Part shown: positions 1 through 9,143 of the stretch, piece by piece | How the letters are laid out: every line of letters starts with the position of its first letter | How positions within the stretch are numbered: position 1 is the first letter of the stretch | Source: an uncultured Gemmatimonadales bacterium | GTDB lineage: Bacteria; Gemmatimonadota; Gemmatimonadetes; Gemmatimonadales; GWC2-71-9 | Reading direction: 5' to 3' | Length of the DNA stretch: 64,000 bases | NCBI GenBank assembly: GCA_963828735.1 | Contig: CAWHFW010000004.1 | Location: 1 to 64,000 of the forward strand | Position numbers and translations under genes: made by a program | Notes under the pieces: generated by a model | What the model saw: the letters and a program-made list of their open reading frames with translations, nothing else | What the model was told of the DNA's origin: nothing | Databases searched by the model: none

Positions 1-124
1 GTGCGCCCGTCATGGAGGCAGTCGATCAGGGACGGCGGCTCTCGGACGTCGCGCCTGCCAGGATCGCGTGCGCGGTAATGAACCCCGCGCGGTACTCGTG
101 CTAACTCAAGGGAATGGGGACGAG

Positions 125-2386
125 ATGGGACGAACGACCACGGCCGGCTGGGTTGCGCTGCTGGTGGCCGCCGCCGGGTGTGGCGGCGGCAGCGACCTCA
201 CGCTTCCCGGTGGTGACCCGGCCGCCGTCACCCTGATTCAGGGCGACGAGCAGAACGGCCGGGCCGGCGAAGCCCTGCCGCAACCACTGGTCGTATCGGT
301 CACGGATGGTACCGGTCGCCCGATCGACGGCGCGACCGTCGTCTTCGCGCTGAGCGATCCGGGTCCAGGCGCCTCCATCGCTCCCGATACCACGACCACC
401 GATGCGGACGGCCATGCCAGCGCCACGGTGGTCCTGGGCACTCGGCCCGGCACGCAGACGGGCGCGGTGCAGGCGCTCGGCGCGAACGGCGCCGCCGCCG
501 CCCAGGTCGGGTTCACGCTCACCGTGCTGCCAGAGAACGCGAGCGGGATCACGCTGGTCAGCGGCCAGGACCAGAGCGGGGCGGTCGGAAGCACGCTCGC
601 GAGCCCGCTGGTCGTGCAGGTGAATGATGCCTTCGGCAATCCGGTCGAGGGCATCAACGTCACTTGGACCGTGGATGGTGGGGGTTCCGTCAGCGCGGGC
701 ACCACGACAACCGGCTCGGACGGGACGACGTCGGTCGAGCGAACGCTCGGCGGGACCGCGGGCCCGCAGCGGACGTTCGCGGCGGTGGAGGGTCTCGCCG
801 GTTCGCCGGTCACGTTCTCCCACACCGCGACCGCCGGCTCCGCCTCCGGCGTCGTGATCGTCTCGGGCGACGACCAGACCGGAGCGATCGGCAGTCTGCT
901 TCCCCAGCCCTTGATAGTCGAAGTGCACGACGCCGGGGGCAACGCCGTTCCGTCGGTCGCCGTCACCTGGGTGATCGGCGCCGGCGGCGGGAGCGTTGCG
1001 CCGACCACGTCGACGACGGACGCGAGCGGGCGCGCCGGCACGACATGGATGCTTGGCGCCACGCTCGGCGCCAATACGGTGAGTGCGGTGGTTTCCGGCA
1101 TCGGGGTCGCTGAGTTCAGTGCGACCGCCACGGCCGGCGCCGCGGCCCGGCTCGAGATCCGAACCCAGCCGGCGGCGACCGCGGTGAGCGGCGTGCCGCT
1201 GACCCAGCAACCGGTGGTGCAGTTGCTCGACGCCCAGGGCAATGAATCCGCCCAGAGCGGGGTCGCGATCGGCGTCGAGATCGCCTCGGGCGGCGGCACC
1301 CTCTCGGGGGCGAACAGCGCGCAAACCGACGCGAACGGGCGGGCCTCGTTCAGCGGGCTCACCCTCGCCGGCTCTCCCGGCGATCGGACGCTCCGGTTCT
1401 CGGCGAGCGGCTTCGAATCGGTGACCAGCCAGCCGATCACGCTGGCGGCCATACCCACGACCACGACCATCACCTCGGATGCGCCGGATCCCTCGAACAC
1501 GGGCGACCCGGTCACCGTGCTGTTCGCGGTCTCCTCCACGGCGGGGACGCCGACCGGCAGTGTGACGGTGACGGACGGCGGGGACAACTGCAAGGGCGCG
1601 CTCACGAACGGGCAAGGGCAGTGCATTATCCGGCTGACAACTGCCGGGAACCGCACGCTCACGGCGACGTACGACGCGACGGAGGGATTCGCGGCCAGCA
1701 CCGACACCGAGGGTCACGCGGTCGACGCGGCGCCGCAACCCGTGCTGGTGCTCGCCGTGGCTCCCGCCACGTCGGCCATCTCCGGAGCCGCGCTCAATCC
1801 ACAACCTGCGGTCCAGCTGCGTACCGGCGCCGGCGCCAATCTTCCCACGCCCAACGTGGCGGTGTCGGTCGCGATCGCCACGGGCGGCGGCACGCTCTCC
1901 GGTGCGACCACCGTGAACACCGACGCGCAGGGACGCGCCACGTTCACCGATCTCGCGATCACCGGCGACCCCGGGTCGCGCACGCTGGTCTTCACCGCCA
2001 CGGGGTTCACGAGCGTCACTTCGGGAGCGATCGACGTCCAGGCGCCCCCGCCAGCGCCGCCTGACGCGGACCAGTCCACGCTCACCGCCGACCCGACGAC
2101 GATCGCGGTCGGGGCCGCGAGCACGCTCACCGCCACGGTGCGGGACGCGGCGGGGACTCCCCTCGCGGGACGATCGGTCACGGTGACGGCGACCGGAACC
2201 GGCAACACCCTCTCCGCTCCGGTCACGACCGGCGCCGATGGGGTCGCGACGTTCACCTTCAGCTCGACCGTGGCCGAGGACAAGACGATCTCGGCGACCT
2301 CAGAAGGCGTCGAGCTCGGGACGGCGACAATCACCGTGGAGGCGCCTCCGCCACCCCCGCCGGCGGTCGTCGGATCGGCGCCCTGA
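125..2386 (+). CDS. Surface lipoprotein with tandem bacterial Ig-like (Big_1/invasin-type) domains
   Basis: ATG at 125 gives signal peptide/lipobox MGRTTTAGWVALLVAAAG-C. Three repeats of 'SGxDQxGxxGxxLxxPLVVxVxDxxGNxV' and two of 'QPxVQL...GGGTLSG...TDAxGRAxF'. Thr/Gly/Ala-rich with poly-Pro linkers. Confidence 0.85.
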   Translation: MGRTTTAGWVALLVAAAGCGGGSDLTLPGGDPAAVTLIQGDEQNGRAGEALPQPLVVSVTDGTGRPIDGATVVFALSDPGPGASIAPDTTTTDADGHASATVVLGTRPGTQTGAVQALGANGAAAAQVGFTLTVLPENASGITLVSGQDQSGAVGSTLASPLVVQVNDAFGNPVEGINVTWTVDGGGSVSAGTTTTGSDGTTSVERTLGGTAGPQRTFAAVEGLAGSPVTFSHTATAGSASGVVIVSGDDQTGAIGSLLPQPLIVEVHDAGGNAVPSVAVTWVIGAGGGSVAPTTSTTDASGRAGTTWMLGATLGANTVSAVVSGIGVAEFSATATAGAAARLEIRTQPAATAVSGVPLTQQPVVQLLDAQGNESAQSGVAIGVEIASGGGTLSGANSAQTDANGRASFSGLTLAGSPGDRTLRFSASGFESVTSQPITLAAIPTTTTITSDAPDPSNTGDPVTVLFAVSSTAGTPTGSVTVTDGGDNCKGALTNGQGQCIIRLTTAGNRTLTATYDATEGFAASTDTEGHAVDAAPQPVLVLAVAPATSAISGAALNPQPAVQLRTGAGANLPTPNVAVSVAIATGGGTLSGATTVNTDAQGRATFTDLAITGDPGSRTLVFTATGFTSVTSGAIDVQAPPPAPPDADQSTLTADPTTIAVGAASTLTATVRDAAGTPLAGRSVTVTATGTGNTLSAPVTTGADGVATFTFSSTVAEDKTISATSEGVELGTATITVEAPPPPPPAVVGSAP

Positions 2387-2425
2387 TGCCGCGGCGCGGA
2401 GGCCGCGCAGCGACGGCCGATCGGG

Positions 2426-2454
2426 TTGCCTGCACGCGCGGGGCGGTGTAAACT
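2426..2454 (+). promoter_or_regulatory. Sigma70-type promoter of tRNA-Val
   Basis: TTGCCT (2426-2431), 17 bp spacer, TAAACT (2449-2454), ending 17 nt before the tRNA. Confidence 0.65.
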
Positions 2455-2471
2455 CCCGCTCCCGAGTTGCC

Positions 2472-2545
2472 GGGCGATTAGCTCAGCTGGTTAGAGCGCG
2501 CGCCTCACATGCGCGAGGTCGGGGGTTCAAGTCCCTCATCGCCCA
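2472..2545 (+). tRNA. tRNA-Val (anticodon CAC), CCA not encoded
   Basis: Acceptor GGGCGAT/ATCGCCC, D arm AGCTCAGCTGGTTAGAGC, anticodon arm CGCGC-CT CAC AT-GCGCG, T loop GGTTCAAGTCC. Confidence 0.97.
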
Positions 2546-2555
2546 TTTCAATTTC

Positions 2556-2597
2556 TCACCCCGCCGACACTTAGCCGCGCGGGGTGAAGTGTTTTCC
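2556..2597 (+). terminator. Hairpin downstream of tRNA-Val, possible terminator
   Basis: TCACCCCGC (2556-2564) / GCGGGGTGA (2579-2587) followed by AGTGTTTT. A second hairpin GACCACG/CGTGGTC lies at 2599-2618. Confidence 0.5.
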
Positions 2598-2903
2598 AGA
2601 CCACGCAACCTCGTGGTCGCAATGGCGGTAACGGAAGCTTCGGTAAGGATCTGTCGGTGCTGGCGGTTCTATCACGCCCACGACACATTTGGAGCGGTCT
2701 CTCCAAAGGCCCGACTGTGACTCGACAAATTGGGCGGGCTCCGCCTTCGCGGACGCTCTCGTGACCGCGACGTGCTCGAGCGTGGGCTCTGTGTGGGTGG
2801 CATGGCGATGCGTCTGGCTCACCTGGGACAAGACAGCGCATAACATGAGCGGCTGCGGGCGTGCGTGGTCGCGGACCCGCGTGGCCCATGAACGGCTGGG
2901 ACG

Positions 2904-4811
2904 ATGTCGATGCGTTTGATCGAGCGCGGTACGGCCCTCGTGGCCGTCATGATGTGGATGGCCACTGCGCCCCTTCACGCGCAGTCGGTGCAGGAGACGA
3001 AGAAGATCCTGATGCTCTACGCGTATGACCCCAATGCCCCCGGGGTCATCGCGTTCGCGCAGCAGTTGAAGCTGGTGGTGAATGAGCAGTTTCCGAACCG
3101 CGTCGAGATCTACGACGAGTACCTGGACGCCAACCGCTTCCCGGACCGCGACCGCTCGCCAGAGTTCGCCCGCTACTTCGCCGCCAAGTATCAGGGGTTC
3201 AAACCCGACGCCATCGTGGCCGAAGGCACGCCGGCGCTGCGATTCGCCACCGAGCGGCTGAGTCGCCTCTTTCCGGGCGTACCGGTCGTGTACGGGCAGG
3301 CCTTCGAGCCGATCGTTGATTTCTCCGCCCTCCCGGCGAATGTGACCGGCCGGCGGCAGCCGTTGCCCTTCGTCTCGACCTACGTGCTGGCGCGGGCGCT
3401 GCAGCCGGACGCGCAGCGCGTCGTCGTGGTAGGCGGAGCCTCGGCGATGGACTCCCTCCTGCTGTCCGTGGCGCGGCGCGAGATCACGCCCCTCCTGAAT
3501 GGGATGGCGCTGGAGTTGCTGCAGGATTGGACCTACGAATCGCTCATCGACAGTCTCCGTCACATCCCGCCTCGAACGTTCGTGATCTTCTCGTCCTTCT
3601 CCCGGGACCAGCGCGGACGGAAGATCAATGTCGGGGATCTCATCCCGAGCCTCACACGCGTGGCGACAGCGCCCGCGTACGGAATCGCGCGCAATTGGGT
3701 CGGTGACGGGGTCGTCGGTGGTGGCGTGATGGATTTCGCGGACGACGGCACGCGCACGGGTCACCTCCTCGTGCGTGTCCTTCGGCGAGCGCCGGGTGAG
3801 CCGATGCCCCCCGCGGAGGTGGCCGCCACCCCCGTGGTCGTCGATTGGCGGGCGCTGGAGCGCTGGGGCTTGTCCGAGAGCCGCCTTCCGCCGGACACCG
3901 AGGTGCTCTTCCGCACGCCGTCGCTCTGGGAGCGCTACCGCACGACCATCTTAGCGACCCTCGGCGTGCTCCTGCTGCAATTGGCGTTGATCCTCTGGCT
4001 GTTGGCCGAGCGCCGCGGGCGACGTCGGACCCAGGCCGCGCTAGAGGAGAGCGAGGCGTGTGCGGTGGAGCAGCGCCGCGAGCTGGCCCACCTGGGTCGC
4101 ATCGCGCTGGTGGGCGAGCTATCGGCCACGCTGGCGCATGAGCTGATGCAGCCGCTCACCGCGAGCCTGGCGAACGCGACCGCCGGTCAGCGTCTGCTGA
4201 AGGCCAACGGGGCCCCGTCGGCCGAGCTGCGCGCGATTCTCGACGATGTTGTGGCGGACAACCGGCGCGCAGGTCAGGTCATCGACCGTGTGCGCGGCCT
4301 CGTCAAGAAGGATGGAGCCAAACCGCAGGTGCTGTCGGTGAACGCGGTCGTCAGCGAGGTCCTCGCATTGGTGCGGACCGACCTGCGGCATCGGGGCGTG
4401 GTCGTCAGCACGCACTTGTGCGAGCCCGCACCGCTGGCCCTCGGGGACCGTGTGCAGTTGCAGCAGGTGCTCTTGAACCTCGTGATGAACGCGGGCGATG
4501 CGATGAGCAACACGCGCCCTGGTGAGCGGCTGCTGGTCGTCTCCACCGCGACGCATGGGGACGCGCGCATCGAGGTCCGTGATCGGGGCAGCGGAATCGC
4601 CCCGGACGTATTGGCGAGGCTCTTCGAGCCGTTCGTGACGACGAAGCACGACGGGCTGGGGCTCGGGCTCGCCATCTGTCGCTCGATCGTGATCGCCCAC
4701 GGCGGTCACATATCGGCGGCCAACAACCCGGAACGCGGGGCCACGTTCGTCGTCTCGCTGCCGCTCAACTCCGACCAGCAGGCCGCCGCCAGCGACCGCC
4801 GGCTCGCGTAG
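2904..4811 (+). CDS. Membrane sensor histidine kinase with N-terminal periplasmic substrate-binding-protein-like domain
   Basis: Signal peptide and one TM helix (ILATLGVLLLQLALILWLL). H-box LAHELMQPL, N-box QVLLNLVMNA, G-boxes DRGSGI and FVTTKHDGLGLGL. Confidence 0.92.
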   Translation: MSMRLIERGTALVAVMMWMATAPLHAQSVQETKKILMLYAYDPNAPGVIAFAQQLKLVVNEQFPNRVEIYDEYLDANRFPDRDRSPEFARYFAAKYQGFKPDAIVAEGTPALRFATERLSRLFPGVPVVYGQAFEPIVDFSALPANVTGRRQPLPFVSTYVLARALQPDAQRVVVVGGASAMDSLLLSVARREITPLLNGMALELLQDWTYESLIDSLRHIPPRTFVIFSSFSRDQRGRKINVGDLIPSLTRVATAPAYGIARNWVGDGVVGGGVMDFADDGTRTGHLLVRVLRRAPGEPMPPAEVAATPVVVDWRALERWGLSESRLPPDTEVLFRTPSLWERYRTTILATLGVLLLQLALILWLLAERRGRRRTQAALEESEACAVEQRRELAHLGRIALVGELSATLAHELMQPLTASLANATAGQRLLKANGAPSAELRAILDDVVADNRRAGQVIDRVRGLVKKDGAKPQVLSVNAVVSEVLALVRTDLRHRGVVVSTHLCEPAPLALGDRVQLQQVLLNLVMNAGDAMSNTRPGERLLVVSTATHGDARIEVRDRGSGIAPDVLARLFEPFVTTKHDGLGLGLAICRSIVIAHGGHISAANNPERGATFVVSLPLNSDQQAAASDRRLA

Positions 4812-5169
4812 TGTCCTTCCAATCCATCCCTGAATACCTCTCCTGCACACGCCGTTCGGTGCGGAGGAGCTGACCGGGGCGGTCGCGCCGCTGGTGCGTC
4901 AGGTCGCGAGCGATGAAGTACGGCGAGTTCATGAACACCTTAAGGCAGATCCGCCAGAGAATGACGCGGCGCTGATTTCCGGTCGGCGGGGCAGCGCTTT
5001 GGGTGCGATGCCGTCAAGTCTACGGTGCAGTCAGCCAGGTGATCGCGGTCCAGTCCGACGGTCACAATCCCGGTCCCGGTGGCAGTCGGCGGCCCTCAAC
5101 GCCCCTAGCGCCGATCCACCCAATCCCGCTACAATTTGCCCCCATGGACGATGGGGGGCGGCTGGTTCC

Positions 5170-5215
5170 CGCCTCACATGCGCGAGGTCGGGGATTCAGT
5201 CCCTCATCGCCCATT
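5170..5215 (+). repeat. att-like direct repeat: degenerate 3' half of tRNA-Val
   Basis: CGCCTCACATGCGCGAGGTCGGGGATTCA-GTCCCTCATCGCCCATT versus 2501-2547: one substitution and one 1-bp deletion. Confidence 0.9.
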
Positions 5216-5348
5216 CCCCGAGTTGCCCCCCTCGCGGGTCTCGTGACAATCCGCGCCGATTAGCCCTTGCCTGTTGGCTAAATCGGCTAAACATTCCTCG
5301 TCGCCCCCGCCTCGCACGGGGGTCATTCGCACACGTAGTCAGGGGGAT

Positions 5349-6410
5349 ATGCCGAGCACCTTGTCACCTTCACCGGCCGCCGATCTTCTCTCGTTCGCCG
5401 CCGGTCTGGGGCATCCCGACTACCCGTGCCTCTCGCGCACGCACGCGCCCTCGAGTTGCGTGCCCTGCGCCGACTTCTCGCCGTGGCTCGCCGAGCGGAT
5501 CCGCCGGCGAGACGAGGAGGCGGTGGGTGAATACCTCTGGCGCCTGCGCGAGGCCAACCCCGGCCTAGGCGAGCCCCCCGAAGGTCTCCGCAGTCACTAC
5601 CGATTTCTTGCTCATCGCATCCTGTTCGCCCCACTCGAACGACACCTCGTCGGCGGGGCGCCCTCGGCCTATCTGGATCTCCGCGTGGCGCTCGTGCTGC
5701 TCGCGGTGCACGAGGGCTTCTCCGGCTTCATCATGACCGGCGAGGCGGCGGATTTCATGGCGGCCGTCATGGCGCCGCATCCCCTGGAGCTCACCGATCC
5801 GACCGGCCTCGTGGACGCCCGCAACCAGTTCGTCCGGGAGATGGGCCAGGAGATGAGCTACTGGGCGGCCTGGCCGATGCTCGAGCCGGACGGCCTTCCA
5901 CCGCTCTCGCCGCCCTGCCAGCCGGAGCTCCGTCGCCTCCTGGACGCGCTGCTGACGCTGCCGCTCGGCGCCCGCGCGCACGCGGTGGACTCGATCCGCC
6001 ATCTGGGCGCCCATCCCCACGTGCCCAAGACGCTCGCCAGCCTGAGCCGCTACGAGACCCGGAAGCGCGGCCTCGACGTCACCGAATCGTCTCGCCTCAT
6101 CCTCGGGACCGGAATCACCGTGCCGTCAACCGACATCGCGGCGTGGCTCGGCACGTGGACGCGGCGGGACCTGTTGGGCTTCCTCACCCAGTTCGGCGTC
6201 GGTGCGCGGAACTCCTGGGGAAAGGAACGCCTGGCCGACGTGGCAAGAACGGAGTGCGCCGAGCACCTGCGCCAGCGGATGACCGATGCCGGCGTCATCG
6301 AGCTGGCCAACGACCACGTCGAGGCGGCGCGCCTGCTGCGATGCTACGTGGAGGCGGCTCGAGAGACCTGGCGGGTGTGGCTCGCATTCGGGACCGGCTT
6401 CGCGGTGTGA
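5349..6410 (+). CDS. Hypothetical protein (N-terminal His/Cys cluster, C-terminal SAP/HeH-like motif)
   Basis: Long ORF with host-like codon bias, SD-like AGGGGG before ATG 5349, and a terminator hairpin after the stop. Confidence 0.75.
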   Translation: MPSTLSPSPAADLLSFAAGLGHPDYPCLSRTHAPSSCVPCADFSPWLAERIRRRDEEAVGEYLWRLREANPGLGEPPEGLRSHYRFLAHRILFAPLERHLVGGAPSAYLDLRVALVLLAVHEGFSGFIMTGEAADFMAAVMAPHPLELTDPTGLVDARNQFVREMGQEMSYWAAWPMLEPDGLPPLSPPCQPELRRLLDALLTLPLGARAHAVDSIRHLGAHPHVPKTLASLSRYETRKRGLDVTESSRLILGTGITVPSTDIAAWLGTWTRRDLLGFLTQFGVGARNSWGKERLADVARTECAEHLRQRMTDAGVIELANDHVEAARLLRCYVEAARETWRVWLAFGTGFAV

Positions 6411-6436
6411 GCTGACCCGCCTGCCCGATGACGGCA

Positions 6437-6474
6437 ACGGGGGCCCTCCGGTACGGAGTGCCCCCGTGGTGTTT
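6437..6474. terminator. Hairpin between convergent genes
   Basis: ACGGGGGC-CCTCCG-GTA-CGGAG-TGCCCCCGT followed by GGTGTTT. Confidence 0.65.
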
Positions 6475-6498
6475 GGGCCCGAGCGCGGGGCCGGATCC

Positions 6499-7533
6499 CT
6501 AGATCAAACCGCCGCGGCGCAACCGGCCGATCTGGTCGAACTGCTCCTCGTGGACCGCGAGCACCTCCTCGGGGGACACCGTCGCCACGCCGGCCTTGCC
6601 CACCTCCACGCCCGCCGCGTAGTTCGCGAGTTGGGCCGCCTCCCGGACCGAGGCCCCGCCGGCCAACGCCGAGCCGATCCAGGCCGTGACCGTATCGCCG
6701 GCGCCGGAGACGTCGAAGATGTCGCGGGCGATGCTCGGGATGTGGATCGTGCTCCCGTCCTTCATGACCAGCACCATGCCCTCGGCCCCGAGCGTGACGA
6801 GCAGGTTGTCGACCTTGAGCCGGGCGAGGACGTCGGGCAGCGCGTTGCCGTTCTGAAGGTCCACCGCCGCGCCCAGGGCCGACTCGAGCTCGCGACGGTT
6901 GGGCTTGAACACCGTGGCCCCGGCGTACTCGAAGAACTGGCGGTACTTCGGGTCCACGACGATGGGAATTCCGCGGCGCCGCGCGATCTCCATGGTCGCC
7001 CCGATGAGCTTCGGGGGAAGCGCGCCCTTGTTGTAGTCCTCGAGCAGCAGCGCGTCGGCATCGGCCAGGGCATCCCGGGCGACACGGACCAGCCGATCGA
7101 GGTCGCTACCGTCGAGCAGCGTCTCGACCTCGTCGTCGATCCGAACGATCTGCTGCGAGCGGGCGATGATGCGCGTCTTGGAGGTGGTCGGCCGGCCGGC
7201 GACGGAGACCACGAACCGGTCGTCGAGCCTCGCGACCGCGAGCTCCTGGCGGATGGTGGCGCCGTCCGTATCGTCCCCGACCACACCGACCAGGAGCGAG
7301 TGTGCGCCGAGCGCGGAGACGTTCATCGCCACGTTCGCCGCCCCACCCAGCCGCGCGTGGCGCTCGCGCACCGTGACGACAGGAACCGGCGCCTCGGGGC
7401 TCAGCCGCTCGGTGTCGCCGACCAGGTAGCGGTCGAGCATGATGTCCCCCACGACCACGACTCGACTCTCCTTCATTCGCTGGATCAGATGCAGCAAGCG
7501 GTCGCGCGTGAGCGGGGCCGGAGGTGGTTTCAT
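6499..7533 (-). CDS. rfaE1: D-glycero-beta-D-manno-heptose-7-phosphate kinase (HldE/RfaE kinase domain only)
   Basis: VVGDIMLDRY...RLSPEAPVPVV, GGAANVA, DYNKG, KPNRRE, DVSGAGDTV (PfkB family). Confidence 0.9.
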   Translation of the reverse strand: MKPPPAPLTRDRLLHLIQRMKESRVVVVGDIMLDRYLVGDTERLSPEAPVPVVTVRERHARLGGAANVAMNVSALGAHSLLVGVVGDDTDGATIRQELAVARLDDRFVVSVAGRPTTSKTRIIARSQQIVRIDDEVETLLDGSDLDRLVRVARDALADADALLLEDYNKGALPPKLIGATMEIARRRGIPIVVDPKYRQFFEYAGATVFKPNRRELESALGAAVDLQNGNALPDVLARLKVDNLLVTLGAEGMVLVMKDGSTIHIPSIARDIFDVSGAGDTVTAWIGSALAGGASVREAAQLANYAAGVEVGKAGVATVSPEEVLAVHEEQFDQIGRLRRGGLI

Positions 7534-9047
7534 CGCAGGACCCCCTGACGGCTCAGGCCGATCGTGGCCTGCAACCGTCCCTCGAAGCGATTCACGGTGC
7601 GGCCCTCCTCATGGTCCGCGTTCAGGACATGATGGAAGCCCGCGTTGAGCGCGACCTGCAGCGGGCCCTGCGCGCCGCGCAGGTCGAGTGCCGCTCGCCA
7701 GGTGCGCTCCACCACGCCGATGAAGAGCTGTGGAATCTGTCCCGCCTCTTCCGGTGAGGTGGGGAACGGATCGTTGATCTCGCCCTCACCCTGACGCAGC
7801 AGGGTGAGCTCGGGCGTGAGCAGCCAGTGGGCGCCGCCCGGCACACTCACCTGTAGCGTGAGCTGGTCCATGTCGTCGAAGTTGCGGCCCAGTCCCACGC
7901 CCTTGTCCGTGAAGCTCTCGAATGGATTGAGCGTGCGAAAGGCCAGGCTCGACGCCTGGGTGTAGTAGGCGCGCCAGCCGAGCGAGCGACCGAGCGGGCC
8001 GAACCCGGCCACCGTCAACGCCCACCGATCGGGGTACCGGGTATCCCCGGACGTATTCTCGTACTGCAGGTCGTCCAGGCCGAGCTGCACCTGGAGGGTG
8101 GTGTGGCCTCGCACACGCCAGTGCGCGTCGAGGCCGAGCAACACGTTGCCATCCGCGCCGAGGCCGTACTGGTTCGCGAGGAGGAGCAGCGTCAGGGGAT
8201 TGCGGTAGCGGCCGTCGAACTCGCGGTCCACCCCGGAGAGTACCGTCGTCTCCCACAGGCCGAGCCGGAGACGGTCGCTCAACCGGACGCCCAGCCGGTG
8301 GGCGAAGAAGTAGCGATGGACCGTCGCGCCGAGCGAGTCCTGCTCGTCGAACAGCGAGCGCGCCAGAGCCTCTAACTGCAGCGTGCGGGTTCCCGCAAGA
8401 AACCCGACCTCCGTCTCGGGATACCCGTAGTTGCTCACGCCGATGCCTGGCACGCCCACCGGGCCCCAGTTGCGGTCCATCTGGCCGTAGAACAGGCTGC
8501 CGTACTTGAACTGGGCGCTGAGATAGGCCTCCGGAAATCGCCACGCGAGCTTGAGATCCTCGCGTCCCGGCCATTCGGGATCGTCCGGGAGTCGCGGCTC
8601 GGCCGCCGGACGAGTCACGAGCGCAAACGGGCCGAACACGGCCTCCCCGGTGAACTCCGCGTATGGGCGCACCCCGTCCGGCCCGAGCGGATGGAGCACG
8701 TCGCGCCGGATGTGGCTGTAGGCCTGGGCGCCGGCGCGCCCCGCCACACGCCAGGTCTGGCCCCCGGGCACTTCGGTGAACGCGGCGCGGAGCGCCGGCA
8801 CCAATTTCGGCGCACCGGTCGTGTCCGCCTGCACCAGCACGCGGAGCGCGTCGGCGCGGCGGATGGGCCGTACCATGGGCGAGGGGTCGTCGATGTCGCC
8901 GCGCGCGATCAGGTGTTCGAGCAGCGGAAGCCGGGGATCGTCGAGCGGCAGGTATGGAGACGCCTGGGCCCGGGCGGACGGGGGCGCGAGCGCGCCGGCA
9001 AGCAGGACGGCGGCTGTGAGAACGCGGAGGGCAGGGAGCATCGGCAT
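7530..9047 (-). CDS. Exported/outer-membrane protein, Wzi-like capsule assembly family
   Basis: Signal peptide MPMLPALRVLTAAVLLAGALAPPSARAQ. Beta-strand-rich body with 'GQMDRNWGP' and 'FFAHRL..RLSDRLRLGLWE' resembling Wzi-type barrels. ATGA overlap with rfaE1. Start uncertain (9041 or 9047). Confidence 0.55.
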   Translation of the reverse strand: MPMLPALRVLTAAVLLAGALAPPSARAQASPYLPLDDPRLPLLEHLIARGDIDDPSPMVRPIRRADALRVLVQADTTGAPKLVPALRAAFTEVPGGQTWRVAGRAGAQAYSHIRRDVLHPLGPDGVRPYAEFTGEAVFGPFALVTRPAAEPRLPDDPEWPGREDLKLAWRFPEAYLSAQFKYGSLFYGQMDRNWGPVGVPGIGVSNYGYPETEVGFLAGTRTLQLEALARSLFDEQDSLGATVHRYFFAHRLGVRLSDRLRLGLWETTVLSGVDREFDGRYRNPLTLLLLANQYGLGADGNVLLGLDAHWRVRGHTTLQVQLGLDDLQYENTSGDTRYPDRWALTVAGFGPLGRSLGWRAYYTQASSLAFRTLNPFESFTDKGVGLGRNFDDMDQLTLQVSVPGGAHWLLTPELTLLRQGEGEINDPFPTSPEEAGQIPQLFIGVVERTWRAALDLRGAQGPLQVALNAGFHHVLNADHEEGRTVNRFEGRLQATIGLSRQGVLR

Positions 9048-9143
9048 CGTAAGGTACGGAGAGCGGTCGGAAGTCGTAAGGCGTGGACCGCGAGGCGTGT
9101 AATCCGTGATGTACGACGTACGACCCATGACTATCTTCCGCCC

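Larger units (their letters stand above)
2548..5215. mobile_element. tRNA-Val-integrated genomic islet (degraded, no integrase visible)
   Basis: Bounded by the tRNA 3' half (2501-2547) and a near-identical copy at 5170-5215. Cargo is one sensor kinase plus non-coding flanks. Confidence 0.75.

Noticed and set aside
2548..2900. Integrase remnant next to tRNA-Val
   Set aside because: No recognisable R-H-x-x-R-H-Y tyrosine recombinase motifs in the frames inspected; a profile search would be needed.
5161..5215. Second functional tRNA-Val
   Set aside because: The 5' acceptor strand and D arm are missing and the T loop is mutated, so it is an att remnant.
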